From an uncultured Clostridia bacterium (lineage in GTDB: Bacteria; Bacillota; Clostridia; Oscillospirales; Ruminococcaceae): a DNA stretch of 32,000 nucleotides. A program made the translations under genes and the position numbers. This document shows, in pieces, positions 23,113-31,754 of the stretch (positions are counted from its first letter, which is position 1; each line of letters starts with the position of its first letter). The notes beneath the pieces were generated by a model. The model was not told the origin of the DNA and searched no databases. It worked only from the letters and a program-made list of their open reading frames with translations. The stretch spans positions 10,818-42,817 of the forward strand of contig CANQXX010000008.1 in the NCBI GenBank assembly GCA_947627905.1, read 5' to 3'.

Positions 23113-24726
23113 CTATTCTTCATTTTTCCGTATATCCGTTTCCGTGACCTGCTCCGGTATCTCCGTTACGGAAGTTGCGGAATTTTTCGCATCAGACCCC
23201 GCTGCCGGCGCAGAAGTTACAGCCGGCGCAGATGTCGTTCCCGCCGCAGAAGTTTCCGCAGGCTGCCTGCCCTGTGTAAGAAGTTTTTCGTAATAGTTCA
23301 CGGTAGACCTTGTAGTGGCATGAAAAGCATTATTCGCAAAAAGGACGTCCGTAATGCCGTGCTCCTTGAGATAATCCTCCGCATTGTATGTGAAATACCT
23401 CATATCTATAACATATATATCTTCAAATGAACCAAACAGGAACTGAGGAAGAGCATTTCCGTAGCTGTCCTTGAATATGGCAAGCCGTCTGCCGTTTTTA
23501 GTCGAAGTGTTTACATGGGTTATTTTAGCGTCTCCTCCCATGAACGTGCAGTAAAGCATGGACTTGCTGTTGGAAAAATTAAGATAGAAGGTAGATTTCA
23601 TAGGTTCGTCCATACCTATTATTTCGTTGCCGTCTCCGAGTTTATAATTATAATATGTGGTATCCAGTTCAACGTTTTTCGGAACATAATAGAAAAAGTC
23701 CTCCGGATTATTCTTTATGGTTATATCCTGAGTGTAGCTGTACATAGTTCCTACATAGCCTTCAACAGTGTGCATATCATATTCCGAAAGATCAAGGAAA
23801 GGCACTCCTGCGGTCTCGGCAAATTTTTCCGCAGCATAATATGCTCCGAGAGACGACCAGTGATGATCGGTGCGGAAATATATATTTTCCGCCGTATGGT
23901 CTTTCAGCGCCGAATAGGCGTCAACGGGTACTGCATTTGTAAGATGTGAATAGATATTGTTTATATTGTCAAGCTGGCTGTTATTGTAGCTTGATATGCT
24001 TTCGGGACAGTAAAATTCGCTTGACGTGGGGATAACCATGCAGTAGACGTTTACATCATCTCCGAGAGCTTTCTTGTATTTTTCAACAACGGCGGCGTAA
24101 TCTTCTCCTACGGAATAACTTCCGCCGTAAAGCATTATCGCCCTTGTTCCCACAACTGCAATGCCGTTATTGGTAAGACTTACCGCGTCATCGGCAGGAG
24201 CGGCGGTAGTTTCCTGCGTCACAGCCGGTGCCGGCGCTTCGGTTCCGGCAGGAACTTCCGTTTCTGCATTGCTGACGTTATCCGTATCTTCTACAACTGC
24301 TCCATTGCTTATAACGGTAATTTCCGTAACCGGAGCGGTTTCCTCCGTAGCGGAAGTTTCCTCGGTATTTTCCGCAAGAGTAACGTTATGCAGCTTGATA
24401 TCATTTGAACGGAATCCCGTAAATTCCTGAACGGCAGAAGCCATTTCCATAAGCCTGTCGCGCATAGGAACGGTATCGCTGAAATAGTGGGATATTTCCG
24501 CCGTATATGTTCCGTCCATAAGAGACTCATGGGAATATGCCGGAAATTCAGCCAGTTCACGCTGTTCAAGGACAGATTCCCTGCTTCTTGGCATAAAGAC
24601 CATAGCTCCGCTTACAGCCGCAAAGATCACCGCGATCGCAGCAACGTAGGCAACGTCTGCGCCTTTTGAGCTTTTATCTTTTTTCTCCGTATATCTCGGA
24701 GCGCTTTTTTGTGAATTTTTATCCAT
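23113..24726 (-). CDS. DHHW family protein (AlgJ/AlgX-like SGNH O-acyltransferase/esterase fold), membrane-anchored
   Basis: N-terminal TM anchor. The literal DHHW motif is present (YFRTDHHWSSLGAYYAAEKF). Thr/Ala-rich C-terminal tail. I prefer the ATG at 24726, 11 nt after GGAAGG; the upstream ATG at 24735 is only 1 nt from the SD. Confidence 0.85.
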   Translation of the reverse strand: MDKNSQKSAPRYTEKKDKSSKGADVAYVAAIAVIFAAVSGAMVFMPRSRESVLEQRELAEFPAYSHESLMDGTYTAEISHYFSDTVPMRDRLMEMASAVQEFTGFRSNDIKLHNVTLAENTEETSATEETAPVTEITVISNGAVVEDTDNVSNAETEVPAGTEAPAPAVTQETTAAPADDAVSLTNNGIAVVGTRAIMLYGGSYSVGEDYAAVVEKYKKALGDDVNVYCMVIPTSSEFYCPESISSYNNSQLDNINNIYSHLTNAVPVDAYSALKDHTAENIYFRTDHHWSSLGAYYAAEKFAETAGVPFLDLSEYDMHTVEGYVGTMYSYTQDITIKNNPEDFFYYVPKNVELDTTYYNYKLGDGNEIIGMDEPMKSTFYLNFSNSKSMLYCTFMGGDAKITHVNTSTKNGRRLAIFKDSYGNALPQFLFGSFEDIYVIDMRYFTYNAEDYLKEHGITDVLFANNAFHATTRSTVNYYEKLLTQGRQPAETSAAGTTSAPAVTSAPAAGSDAKNSATSVTEIPEQVTETDIRKNEE

Positions 24727-24744
24727 TTTGCCCATACCTTCCGG

Positions 24745-26202
24745 TTAAAATCTGAAATACAGAAAAGGATTGTTTGTGCCGCTGACAAGAAGCAGCGTAC
24801 TTATCCAGAGAAGTCCTGCGGAAGCTGCAGCCTTCAGCACAGTCATTGCCGCCGCTCCTCCGGAAGTTTTTATCGTACGGTCATAAAATTTCCGTATAAG
24901 CGTTCCCAACGGTACGGAGCATACGACTGCCGCGATAAGCAGATAAAGATTTACCGTAAAAGCGTTCTTTGCAACGATACCGCCTGCCGGATTTCCCGAC
25001 GCACCGAACATTATTTTTATAAATCCGCCAAGTCTGCCCAGATCCTCGAAATAGAATATCGCCCACCCGAAAACTATCAGGAAAAGGCTGTATATATGAA
25101 GAAATACTTTAGGTATCTTGTTTTCAACTTTAAGGAGCGTGTACTTTTCTATCATTATAATTATGCCGAAGTAAAGTCCCCACAGCACAAAGTTCCAGCT
25201 TGCGCCATGCCACAGACCGGTCAGCAGCCATACCGTCATGATGTTTAACGGCTGGTGCCGTCTGTTGCCGCCCATAGGGATATAAACGTAATCCCTGAAA
25301 AAAGAACTGAGAGAAATATGCCACCTTCTCCAGAACTCGGTTATCGAGCAGCATATATACGGATAATTGAAGTTCTCGTTAAATCTGAAGCCGAGACATC
25401 TTCCCATTCCGATAGCCATATCGGAATATCCGGAAAAATCAAAATATATCTGGAATGTAAAAGCAATTATCCCAAGCCATGCTCCGCCGGAAGATAATCC
25501 GCTCAGCTCCCCGTCAAGAAATTGTTCCGAAATTATAGAAAGCTGATTTGCAAGGATAACTTTCTTTCCCAGACCGATAAAGAACCTGAACGCGCCTTCC
25601 GAAACGTCCTCTACCGTTATCCTGCGCGAGCAGATATCCTCCGCTATCGTTTCATACCGGACTATAGGTCCGGCTATAAGCTGCGGGAACATGGAGATAT
25701 AAAGCAGTACCCTGAAAGGGTTTTTCTGAGCCTTTACTTCCCCGCGGTAAACATCAGCAAGATATGATATCGACTGAAAAGTATAGAAACTTATCCCCAC
25801 CGGCGAAACTGCTTCCGGCAAAGGTACGGGTATTCCAAGCGCATTCAGGTTCTCCGCGATGAAACGTCCGTATTTGAATGTTCCTATCATTGCGATATTG
25901 AAAATTATTCCCAGAACAAAAAACGCTTTTGACGGCTTTTCCTTTAACGTTATGAGCAGCCCGAAAACGTAATTCACGGCAATGCTTATAAGCATGAGCC
26001 GTATATAAAACGGTTCGCCCCATGCGTAAAATACAAGTGAAAAAATAATAAGCACGGCATTTTTTGCCGGATTTATACTTCCGGCAAAGCCCTTTTCTTT
26101 CGTCAGGGCGCATACCGCCTTATCGGCAAAACCTGCCAGAATATAAAAAATTATGAGCGCAGGCAGAAACACATACAGAAACAACAGGTCGGCGAATATC
26201 AT
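24745..26202 (-). CDS. MBOAT family O-acyltransferase (AlgI/DltB/PatA-like)
   Basis: 485-aa polytopic protein. N-terminus MIFADLLFLYVFLPAL. Contains SFYTFQSISYLADVYRG and the conserved-His region FWRRWHISLSSFFRDYVYIPMGGNR, typical of AlgI/DltB-type MBOATs. Confidence 0.9.
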   Translation of the reverse strand: MIFADLLFLYVFLPALIIFYILAGFADKAVCALTKEKGFAGSINPAKNAVLIIFSLVFYAWGEPFYIRLMLISIAVNYVFGLLITLKEKPSKAFFVLGIIFNIAMIGTFKYGRFIAENLNALGIPVPLPEAVSPVGISFYTFQSISYLADVYRGEVKAQKNPFRVLLYISMFPQLIAGPIVRYETIAEDICSRRITVEDVSEGAFRFFIGLGKKVILANQLSIISEQFLDGELSGLSSGGAWLGIIAFTFQIYFDFSGYSDMAIGMGRCLGFRFNENFNYPYICCSITEFWRRWHISLSSFFRDYVYIPMGGNRRHQPLNIMTVWLLTGLWHGASWNFVLWGLYFGIIIMIEKYTLLKVENKIPKVFLHIYSLFLIVFGWAIFYFEDLGRLGGFIKIMFGASGNPAGGIVAKNAFTVNLYLLIAAVVCSVPLGTLIRKFYDRTIKTSGGAAAMTVLKAAASAGLLWISTLLLVSGTNNPFLYFRF

Positions 26203-26265
26203 GTGTCTTTATGGCTTTCTGTGGGAAAGCTCTCCTTTCAATGTTAAATTATGGAATAATTCTGC

Positions 26266-26310
26266 AAAAAAACCATTGTCCCGCACTGACCTTACGTCAC
26301 AGCGGGACAA
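26266..26310 (-). terminator. Intrinsic terminator after the small membrane protein gene, upstream of the MBOAT operon
   Basis: Stem ttgtcccgc / gcgggacaa with an inner tgac/gtca stem. The minus-strand reading is followed by TTTTTTT. Confidence 0.75.
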
Positions 26311-26375
26311 AATGTTTTGATATTCTTCAGGCTATGATCTTATTACGTTTGTCATAAGTATTTCCTGTTATTGTA

Positions 26376-26591
26376 TCAGAATGCAAGAGTATCGCTTCCT
26401 ATATCATCACATTCGATATCGCCGTAATCGCCGGGCAGGTCTCCCTCGTCGTAAAGATCGTACTCATTGTCGCTGATCCTTCCCTTGCCGGAACTTTTTA
26501 CAAGAGCGATTATGCTTAACGCAAGAGCGGCAGCCGATAATACTGCGGCAACAATAGACAGCGCTATAATTATACCGTTAGTTTTTTTCAT
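26376..26591 (-). CDS. Small single-pass membrane protein with a strongly acidic C-terminal tail (71 aa)
   Basis: GAAAGGGTG RBS 7 nt upstream of the ATG. TM helix IIIALSIVAAVLSAAALALSIIALV, then the D/E/Y-rich tail DNEYDLYDEGDLPGDYGDIECDDIGSD. It lies 41 nt after the ricT stop, and a terminator follows. Confidence 0.6.
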   Translation of the reverse strand: MKKTNGIIIALSIVAAVLSAAALALSIIALVKSSGKGRISDNEYDLYDEGDLPGDYGDIECDDIGSDTLAF

Positions 26592-26632
26592 AAATATACA
26601 CCCTTTCAGAAATTTTTATCCTTGTATTTTCA

Positions 26633-27499
26633 TCACTGGTCCTCCAGACCTTTCAGAGCCTTTAGTTCTTCCTTGTCAAGGCGCAGCTTTCCGTCCTTGA
26701 TGATCGTTACCTCCGATTTATCATAGGTAACGGGAGGATCTTCCGATTTTTCCTGCTGAACTTTCAGCTTTCCGGTAAGAAGATTTACTTCCTCAACATA
26801 ACCTTTGAAGTCAGGAGTTTTTACATAAGCTCCTACCCTCGGCGTATTCTTCTGGAGATACTCATAGGCTTCCTGTTCATATTTCAGGCAGCACATGAGC
26901 CTTCCGCAAGTTCCTGATATTTTTGTCGGATTGAGCGACAAGCCCTGCTCCTTTGCCATTTTTATAGACACCGGCTGAAATTCTCCGAGAAAGCCTTTAC
27001 AGCAAAATTCCCTGCCGCATATGCCAAGTCCGCCGAGAATCTTTGATTCGTCTCTTACGCCTATCTGCCTGAGTTCTATCCTCGTTCTGAAAACAGAAGC
27101 AAGGTCTTTTACAAGCTCACGGAAGTCAACTCTTGTTTCCGCCGTGAAATAAAACAGCAGCTTGTTGTTGTCAAATGTACACTCAACATCGACCAGCTTC
27201 ATATCCAGTTTATGATTAAGTATCTTCTCCTGACAAATTTTAAAAGCATTTTCTTCCTTTGCCTTGTTCTGCTCAAGGATCTTCATGTCCTGCTTGGTAG
27301 CCTGTCTTATTATCGCTTTCAGCGGAGCGGTTATCTGATCGTCCTCTATCATTCTGTTGGAGATAACTACCTCGCCGCATTCCACTCCTCTGGCGGTCTC
27401 GACGATTACCAGAGAACCGGTCTCCTGCTTTGTACCTGCCGGATCAAAATAATAAACCTTACCGGCATCCTTGAACCGCACTCCAATTATTTCCGTCAT
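26633..27499 (-). CDS. ricT: PSP1-domain protein RicT (YaaT)
   Basis: MTEIIGVRFKDAGKVYYFDPAG aligns with the usual YaaT N-terminus. The Cys-rich block GICGREFCC...GTCGRLMCCLKYE is present. An alternative upstream ATG at 27520 would add 7 residues. Confidence 0.9.
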   Translation of the reverse strand: MTEIIGVRFKDAGKVYYFDPAGTKQETGSLVIVETARGVECGEVVISNRMIEDDQITAPLKAIIRQATKQDMKILEQNKAKEENAFKICQEKILNHKLDMKLVDVECTFDNNKLLFYFTAETRVDFRELVKDLASVFRTRIELRQIGVRDESKILGGLGICGREFCCKGFLGEFQPVSIKMAKEQGLSLNPTKISGTCGRLMCCLKYEQEAYEYLQKNTPRVGAYVKTPDFKGYVEEVNLLTGKLKVQQEKSEDPPVTYDKSEVTIIKDGKLRLDKEELKALKGLEDQ

Positions 27500-27526
27500 A
27501 TCAAAATTTTTTCCTTTCATTATATC

Positions 27527-28489
27527 TTATTGACCGGCAGCGGCGCAGGCAAAAGCAGCCGTTTCAACCGGAACATTGGTATTTCCCATACATCTTGCGC
27601 AGGTCTTTGCAATAGCTTCATGTATGATATCAGCTCTGCGCCGGCTAAGTATCCGTGAAAGTTTTTCCGCGCCGTCCGGATCGCAGCCTATAAGGGGAAT
27701 ATTCCCCAAGCGCATGACGCAGGCGTCTCTTATGACCTTGTCTGCAAGCTCCAGCACTTCTTTTACCCTTGCTCTGCTGTCTCCTATGCCGTAAAGGATC
27801 CTGATAAGCTCATACTCGTTATTGTCTGCAAAAGCGGATATCATATCCCTGCATACTTTAACATTTTCCGCAAGTTCTCCGCCGGAAAGATATTCAATAC
27901 AGCAGCCGATATTGCCGTGAAAACATTTTATTGCATCTTCTATCTGCGCGGGAGAATATTTTCCCGTATCTGCAAGCGCCGAACGGCAGCCCTCCTCCGA
28001 AGCCTCCGGAATACCTAAAGTCACCACTCTTGAAAGTATAGTAGGGAGAAAAACGCTTCCGTTCACGGCGGTAAATATGAAATACGCCGTATCGGGAGGT
28101 TCTTCTATCAGCTTCAGCATAAGATTCTGAGAGCTTTCCTCGATATTTTCGCAGTCGGCAAAAATATACACCTTTACATCGCAGTCATTCGGAGCGACAA
28201 AGGCGTCCGAGCATACATTTCTTATGGTATCACGGTTGTATATCTGTTTTTTGCCTGTTCTTTGCGGCTTTATAACATCAGGATGAGTACCGTTCAGTAT
28301 TCTTCTGCAATTCCGGCAGGTCCCGCATACAGAGCCTTTTTCACACATCAGGGACATTGCGATATAGTCGGCAAAGACTTTTTTCCCAACGTCTTTTTCT
28401 CCCGTCAGCAGAAAGGCGTGCGGAAATCTTCCGGTGCGCTTCATTGCTTCAAGAGCTTTCAGCGGAGCTTCCTTTGAATACAGCTTCAT
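27527..28489 (-). CDS. holB: DNA polymerase III subunit delta' (HolB)
   Basis: RFPHAFLLTGEKDVGKK Walker-like region, Zn-module CEKGSVCGTCRNCRRI, LKLIEEPP, and SRV sensor motif. ATGA overlap with the darA stop. Confidence 0.9.
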   Translation of the reverse strand: MKLYSKEAPLKALEAMKRTGRFPHAFLLTGEKDVGKKVFADYIAMSLMCEKGSVCGTCRNCRRILNGTHPDVIKPQRTGKKQIYNRDTIRNVCSDAFVAPNDCDVKVYIFADCENIEESSQNLMLKLIEEPPDTAYFIFTAVNGSVFLPTILSRVVTLGIPEASEEGCRSALADTGKYSPAQIEDAIKCFHGNIGCCIEYLSGGELAENVKVCRDMISAFADNNEYELIRILYGIGDSRARVKEVLELADKVIRDACVMRLGNIPLIGCDPDGAEKLSRILSRRRADIIHEAIAKTCARCMGNTNVPVETAAFACAAAGQ

Positions 28490-28812
28490 ACCTTTTCAAA
28501 CCGTTCAACGTCGGTAACAAATATAGTTGCTCCGCCCACCGAGACTTCCACAGGAAAACTTGCGCTCTGCATTTCCGCTCCGGCAAGCACTGTAGCCGGA
28601 ACATACTGTTTTCTTCTTCTGGAACGTTCCTTGATGATCTCGATTATCGGATCTACTTTATCGTCGTCGGCACAAATCATGAAGGTAGTGTTTCCCGACA
28701 TAAGGAAACCGCCTGTAGATGCCAGCTTGGTGGCAAAATATCCTGATTTTGTCAAAGCCGATGAAACATCATGACTGTCGTCGTTATTAACAATGGCGTA
28801 TATAAGTTTCAT
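28486..28812 (-). CDS. darA: Cyclic-di-AMP receptor DarA/PstA (YaaQ, PII-like)
   Basis: The ATG at 28812 gives MKLIYAIVNNDDSHDVSSALTKSGYFATKLASTGGFL, which is typical of the YaaQ family. Its position upstream of holB matches Bacillus synteny. Confidence 0.85.
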   Translation of the reverse strand: MKLIYAIVNNDDSHDVSSALTKSGYFATKLASTGGFLMSGNTTFMICADDDKVDPIIEIIKERSRRRKQYVPATVLAGAEMQSASFPVEVSVGGATIFVTDVERFEKV

Positions 28813-28898
28813 ACACAACACTCCGTTAGCCCGCATCAGGGCAAAATGTCAGAAATTTCCACATATTGTAAAAAACACGTCTGCGGATCCTGTTATTA

Positions 28899-30236
28899 TC
28901 ATTTTATCACATTTATTTTAAAAATGCTATAGATTTTTAAAATTTTTATCGTATTTTCATCAATTATTTCTCCTGCCGATACTATAGGGATACAAGGGGG
29001 GCATACCGTTATGCTCTCCGCTGCTGTCCTGCCTGCTGAATTGACGGTATTTACCGTTTCTTTCGGAGAAAAAAACGCTTCACGCGGAAGCATTGCTCTT
29101 TCAAGAGGAAATATGCCAAATTCCGGCATATCTATCCTTATCCGCGCCATTCTTACGTTTTCCAGCGCGGAAGCCGTTCTTTCCATATCTTCCTTTGAGC
29201 TTTGTGCCGAAAACATCATGACCACATGGGAATTATCGGCATATTCCGGTTCGATCCCCTGCTCACGCAGTCTGTCGGCAAGGTCATACCCCGTCATTCC
29301 GCATGACAAAGCACATACCGTCAGTTTCAGCGGTTCGCTTTCAAGAACGTCATAAACGTTTCCAATGCGTTCCTTGAGTTTTTTTACCCGCTCTGCGGCT
29401 TCCGAAAGTTCCGCACGGAAATTTTCCCCAAGATACTTATTGCATATATCAAGGTCTGACATTATCAGCCAGCTTGGGCTGGTACTGCCGAAAAGAGCCA
29501 TATTCCTTTTCAGTTCCGCAGCGGAAATATCCATATTTTCCCCGGTATGAATATATGCTCCGCCGGTAAGCACCGGAAGGGTCTTATGCGCAGAATCACA
29601 GCACATATCCGCTCCAAGTTTTATAGGGTGGATATTTTCATCAAGAAAAGCAAGATGCGCTCCATGGGCGTTATCCACCAGAAGCGGTATACCGTATTCA
29701 TGACAGACCTGCGATATTCCGCTTATATCCGCCGTTCTTCCAAGGTAGTCAGGAGATGTGATAAATACACACGCAGGATCTTTTCCGGCATATCTGATGA
29801 TATTTTCTCTGACATTTTCAGCCGTTATCTTTCCGGATACAACAGAGCCTTTTTCATATCCCGGATATATCCATAAAGGTTCAAGACCGAGCAGCACGCA
29901 GGAATCCATTACTGAACGGTGTACGTTCCTTGCGCAGATAAAAGCTCTCCCCTCTCCGCATACCGAAGCAAGCATAGTCTTTACGCAAAGCGAAGAACCT
30001 TCCGCAGAATACACTGTTTCCGCCGTTCCGAAAAGAGAAGAGGCATTGCGTTCGCTTTCCCGTATAATGCCCTCTGTGCTGTAAAGCAGATCTGCGCCCT
30101 TTATCTCGGTGATATCATATTTATAGGGAATATCATCGCCGCCGCAGGCATTCCTGCCCTTATGACCGGGCATATGCGCCCTTACATATCCTTTATCCGC
30201 ATATTCCCGTATAAAATCATATATCGGTGTGTTCAT
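28899..30236 (-). CDS. Orn/Lys/Arg decarboxylase-family PLP enzyme (YaaO-like)
   Basis: N-terminus ..YVRAHMPGHKG, the PLP-lysine region CDSAHKTLPVLTGGA, and its position upstream of darA-holB-ricT, as for B. subtilis yaaO. Confidence 0.85.
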   Translation of the reverse strand: MNTPIYDFIREYADKGYVRAHMPGHKGRNACGGDDIPYKYDITEIKGADLLYSTEGIIRESERNASSLFGTAETVYSAEGSSLCVKTMLASVCGEGRAFICARNVHRSVMDSCVLLGLEPLWIYPGYEKGSVVSGKITAENVRENIIRYAGKDPACVFITSPDYLGRTADISGISQVCHEYGIPLLVDNAHGAHLAFLDENIHPIKLGADMCCDSAHKTLPVLTGGAYIHTGENMDISAAELKRNMALFGSTSPSWLIMSDLDICNKYLGENFRAELSEAAERVKKLKERIGNVYDVLESEPLKLTVCALSCGMTGYDLADRLREQGIEPEYADNSHVVMMFSAQSSKEDMERTASALENVRMARIRIDMPEFGIFPLERAMLPREAFFSPKETVNTVNSAGRTAAESITVCPPCIPIVSAGEIIDENTIKILKIYSIFKINVIK

Positions 30237-30441
30237 ATACGACCGCCTTCTTTAAAAATAATAAATTTGCTTATGACCGCCGAACGGCATTTTTTAACGT
30301 TCCGAAGCGGAAAATACAAGTAATTTTAAAATGTTCATTTATTTTTTGCGAAATATCCGCTAAATTGTTGAGCATAATAACGAACGAAATCCTTTATAAT
30401 GTCTTGAAATTTGTGCTATGTGTTAAAAATTTTTTATTAGG

Positions 30442-30470
30442 TTGACAACTACGGGTAAAAAGAGTAAAAT
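30442..30470 (+). promoter_or_regulatory. Sigma-A promoter for the Thr-rich surface protein gene
   Basis: TTGACA (30442-47), 17 nt, TAAAAT (30465-70). Confidence 0.6.
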
Positions 30471-30511
30471 AATTATGTACCAAAATAAGCATAATTAAGG
30501 AGAAGATGTTT

Positions 30512-31207
30512 ATGAAAAATATATTCCGTTCATTGTCCGCATCGTTAGCAGCTTGTCTTTCCATAATAATGATGACTTTTTCAGTTTCGGCTGCAACAGA
30601 AGATTATGAAGCACCGCTCAACAAAGTAAAACCCACCAACGGTGACTGGGGACAGTCCATTACCCTTGATGTAAATGATTTTGACTGCTCGCGCATAACT
30701 CCGGACACTGTTGTAAAAGTAGAATTTACGATCGACGGAGAACCTCCGCAGAACATGGCGCCTGTCGAACTTATCCTTTTCAACTACACCGAAGAGATCG
30801 ACAGGATCTGGGCAAGGATCGAACCTTTTGAATATGACGAAACCTCTGCATCTTTTGATTATGATACAATGGTACTCAGATATGGTTCCGATGACCTTAC
30901 CACGGTAGATAATCTTTGCATCGGCGATACCGGAGTACCTATGACCGTCACAAAGCTCACGATCACAAACTGCACCGTTCCCGAAACTACGACCACAACG
31001 ACCGCAGAAACAACAACTGCTGCAATTTCCGAAACGACCGCTCAGGAAACGACTGCTGCACCTGCAGTCACAACAGCAGCTCAGCCGGAAAAAGCCGAAG
31101 AGAGCAGCGGAGTTCCGATAATTCTCATAGTTGTTATCACCGTAGTTGTTGCCGTTGCAGTTGTAGCAACAATAGTTATCCTAAAGAACAAAAGAAGATT
31201 TTATTGA
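30512..31207 (+). CDS. Type-I membrane-anchored surface protein: signal peptide, about 130-aa globular domain, Thr/Ala-rich stalk, C-terminal TM helix
   Basis: ATG at 30512 lies 9 nt after AAGGAG. Signal peptide ..MMTFSVSAATE. Stalk TTTTTTAETTTAAISETTAQETTAAPAVTTAAQ. TM IILIVVITVVVAVAVVATIVIL followed by KNKRRFY. Confidence 0.8.
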   Translation: MKNIFRSLSASLAACLSIIMMTFSVSAATEDYEAPLNKVKPTNGDWGQSITLDVNDFDCSRITPDTVVKVEFTIDGEPPQNMAPVELILFNYTEEIDRIWARIEPFEYDETSASFDYDTMVLRYGSDDLTTVDNLCIGDTGVPMTVTKLTITNCTVPETTTTTTAETTTAAISETTAQETTAAPAVTTAAQPEKAEESSGVPIILIVVITVVVAVAVVATIVILKNKRRFY

Positions 31208-31744
31208 TACAAGGTCATTTTCACGGCCGTGGGCGCATACGCTCACGACCCATTTTTTTTGCAGTATCAATTGCGTGAAAACAACATCATTTTCATTTTT
31301 GCAAAAAGGCTGCCCGTTCCTGAAATAAAAAGAGCTGCCGTTCAGCGCGGAAAAAAGCCCTGTGCCAAGATATTTTCCGTATGCTTCTTTAAGCGTCCAT
31401 ATACGGAAAAAATCCCTGTTCTTATCTTCCGATGACATAATAAATTCTTTTTCCTCATCTGAAAAGATCCGCTCCATTACCTTTGGGGAAAATTCGCGGA
31501 TAAGCTCTGCGTCCACGCCGATATCGCTGTCCGAAAATCCGCACACCACAAGTCCGTTACAGTGGCTGATGTTGAACTTTATTTCCGGATGTTCAGGAAT
31601 GAACGGTTTGCCGTGCTCGCCGTTTTCAATATTGTATTCCGTAATGTCATACAGTTTTTTCAATCCGTATGAAAGCATTTTATATGCTGTTTCATGTTCT
31701 TCCTTACGGTCGGAATGATGATTTATAATTTTATAGAATATCAT
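31181..31744 (-). CDS. 4'-phosphopantetheinyl transferase, Sfp type
   Basis: FNISHCNGLVVCGFS..IGVDAE and FFRIWTLKEAYGKYLGTG motifs. I take the ATG at 31744 (GGAG 7 nt upstream) as the start, because the longer ORF runs through the upstream gene's terminator hairpin. Confidence 0.85.
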   Translation of the reverse strand: MIFYKIINHHSDRKEEHETAYKMLSYGLKKLYDITEYNIENGEHGKPFIPEHPEIKFNISHCNGLVVCGFSDSDIGVDAELIREFSPKVMERIFSDEEKEFIMSSEDKNRDFFRIWTLKEAYGKYLGTGLFSALNGSSFYFRNGQPFCKNENDVVFTQLILQKKWVVSVCAHGRENDLVSIKSSFVL

Positions 31745-31754
31745 TAAATTCTCC

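Noticed and set aside
30960-31110. Repetitive ACx/GCx codon run that might be a DNA tandem repeat or VNTR
   Set aside because: The repetition is at the amino-acid composition level (a Thr/Ala stalk). I could not find a regular nucleotide repeat unit.
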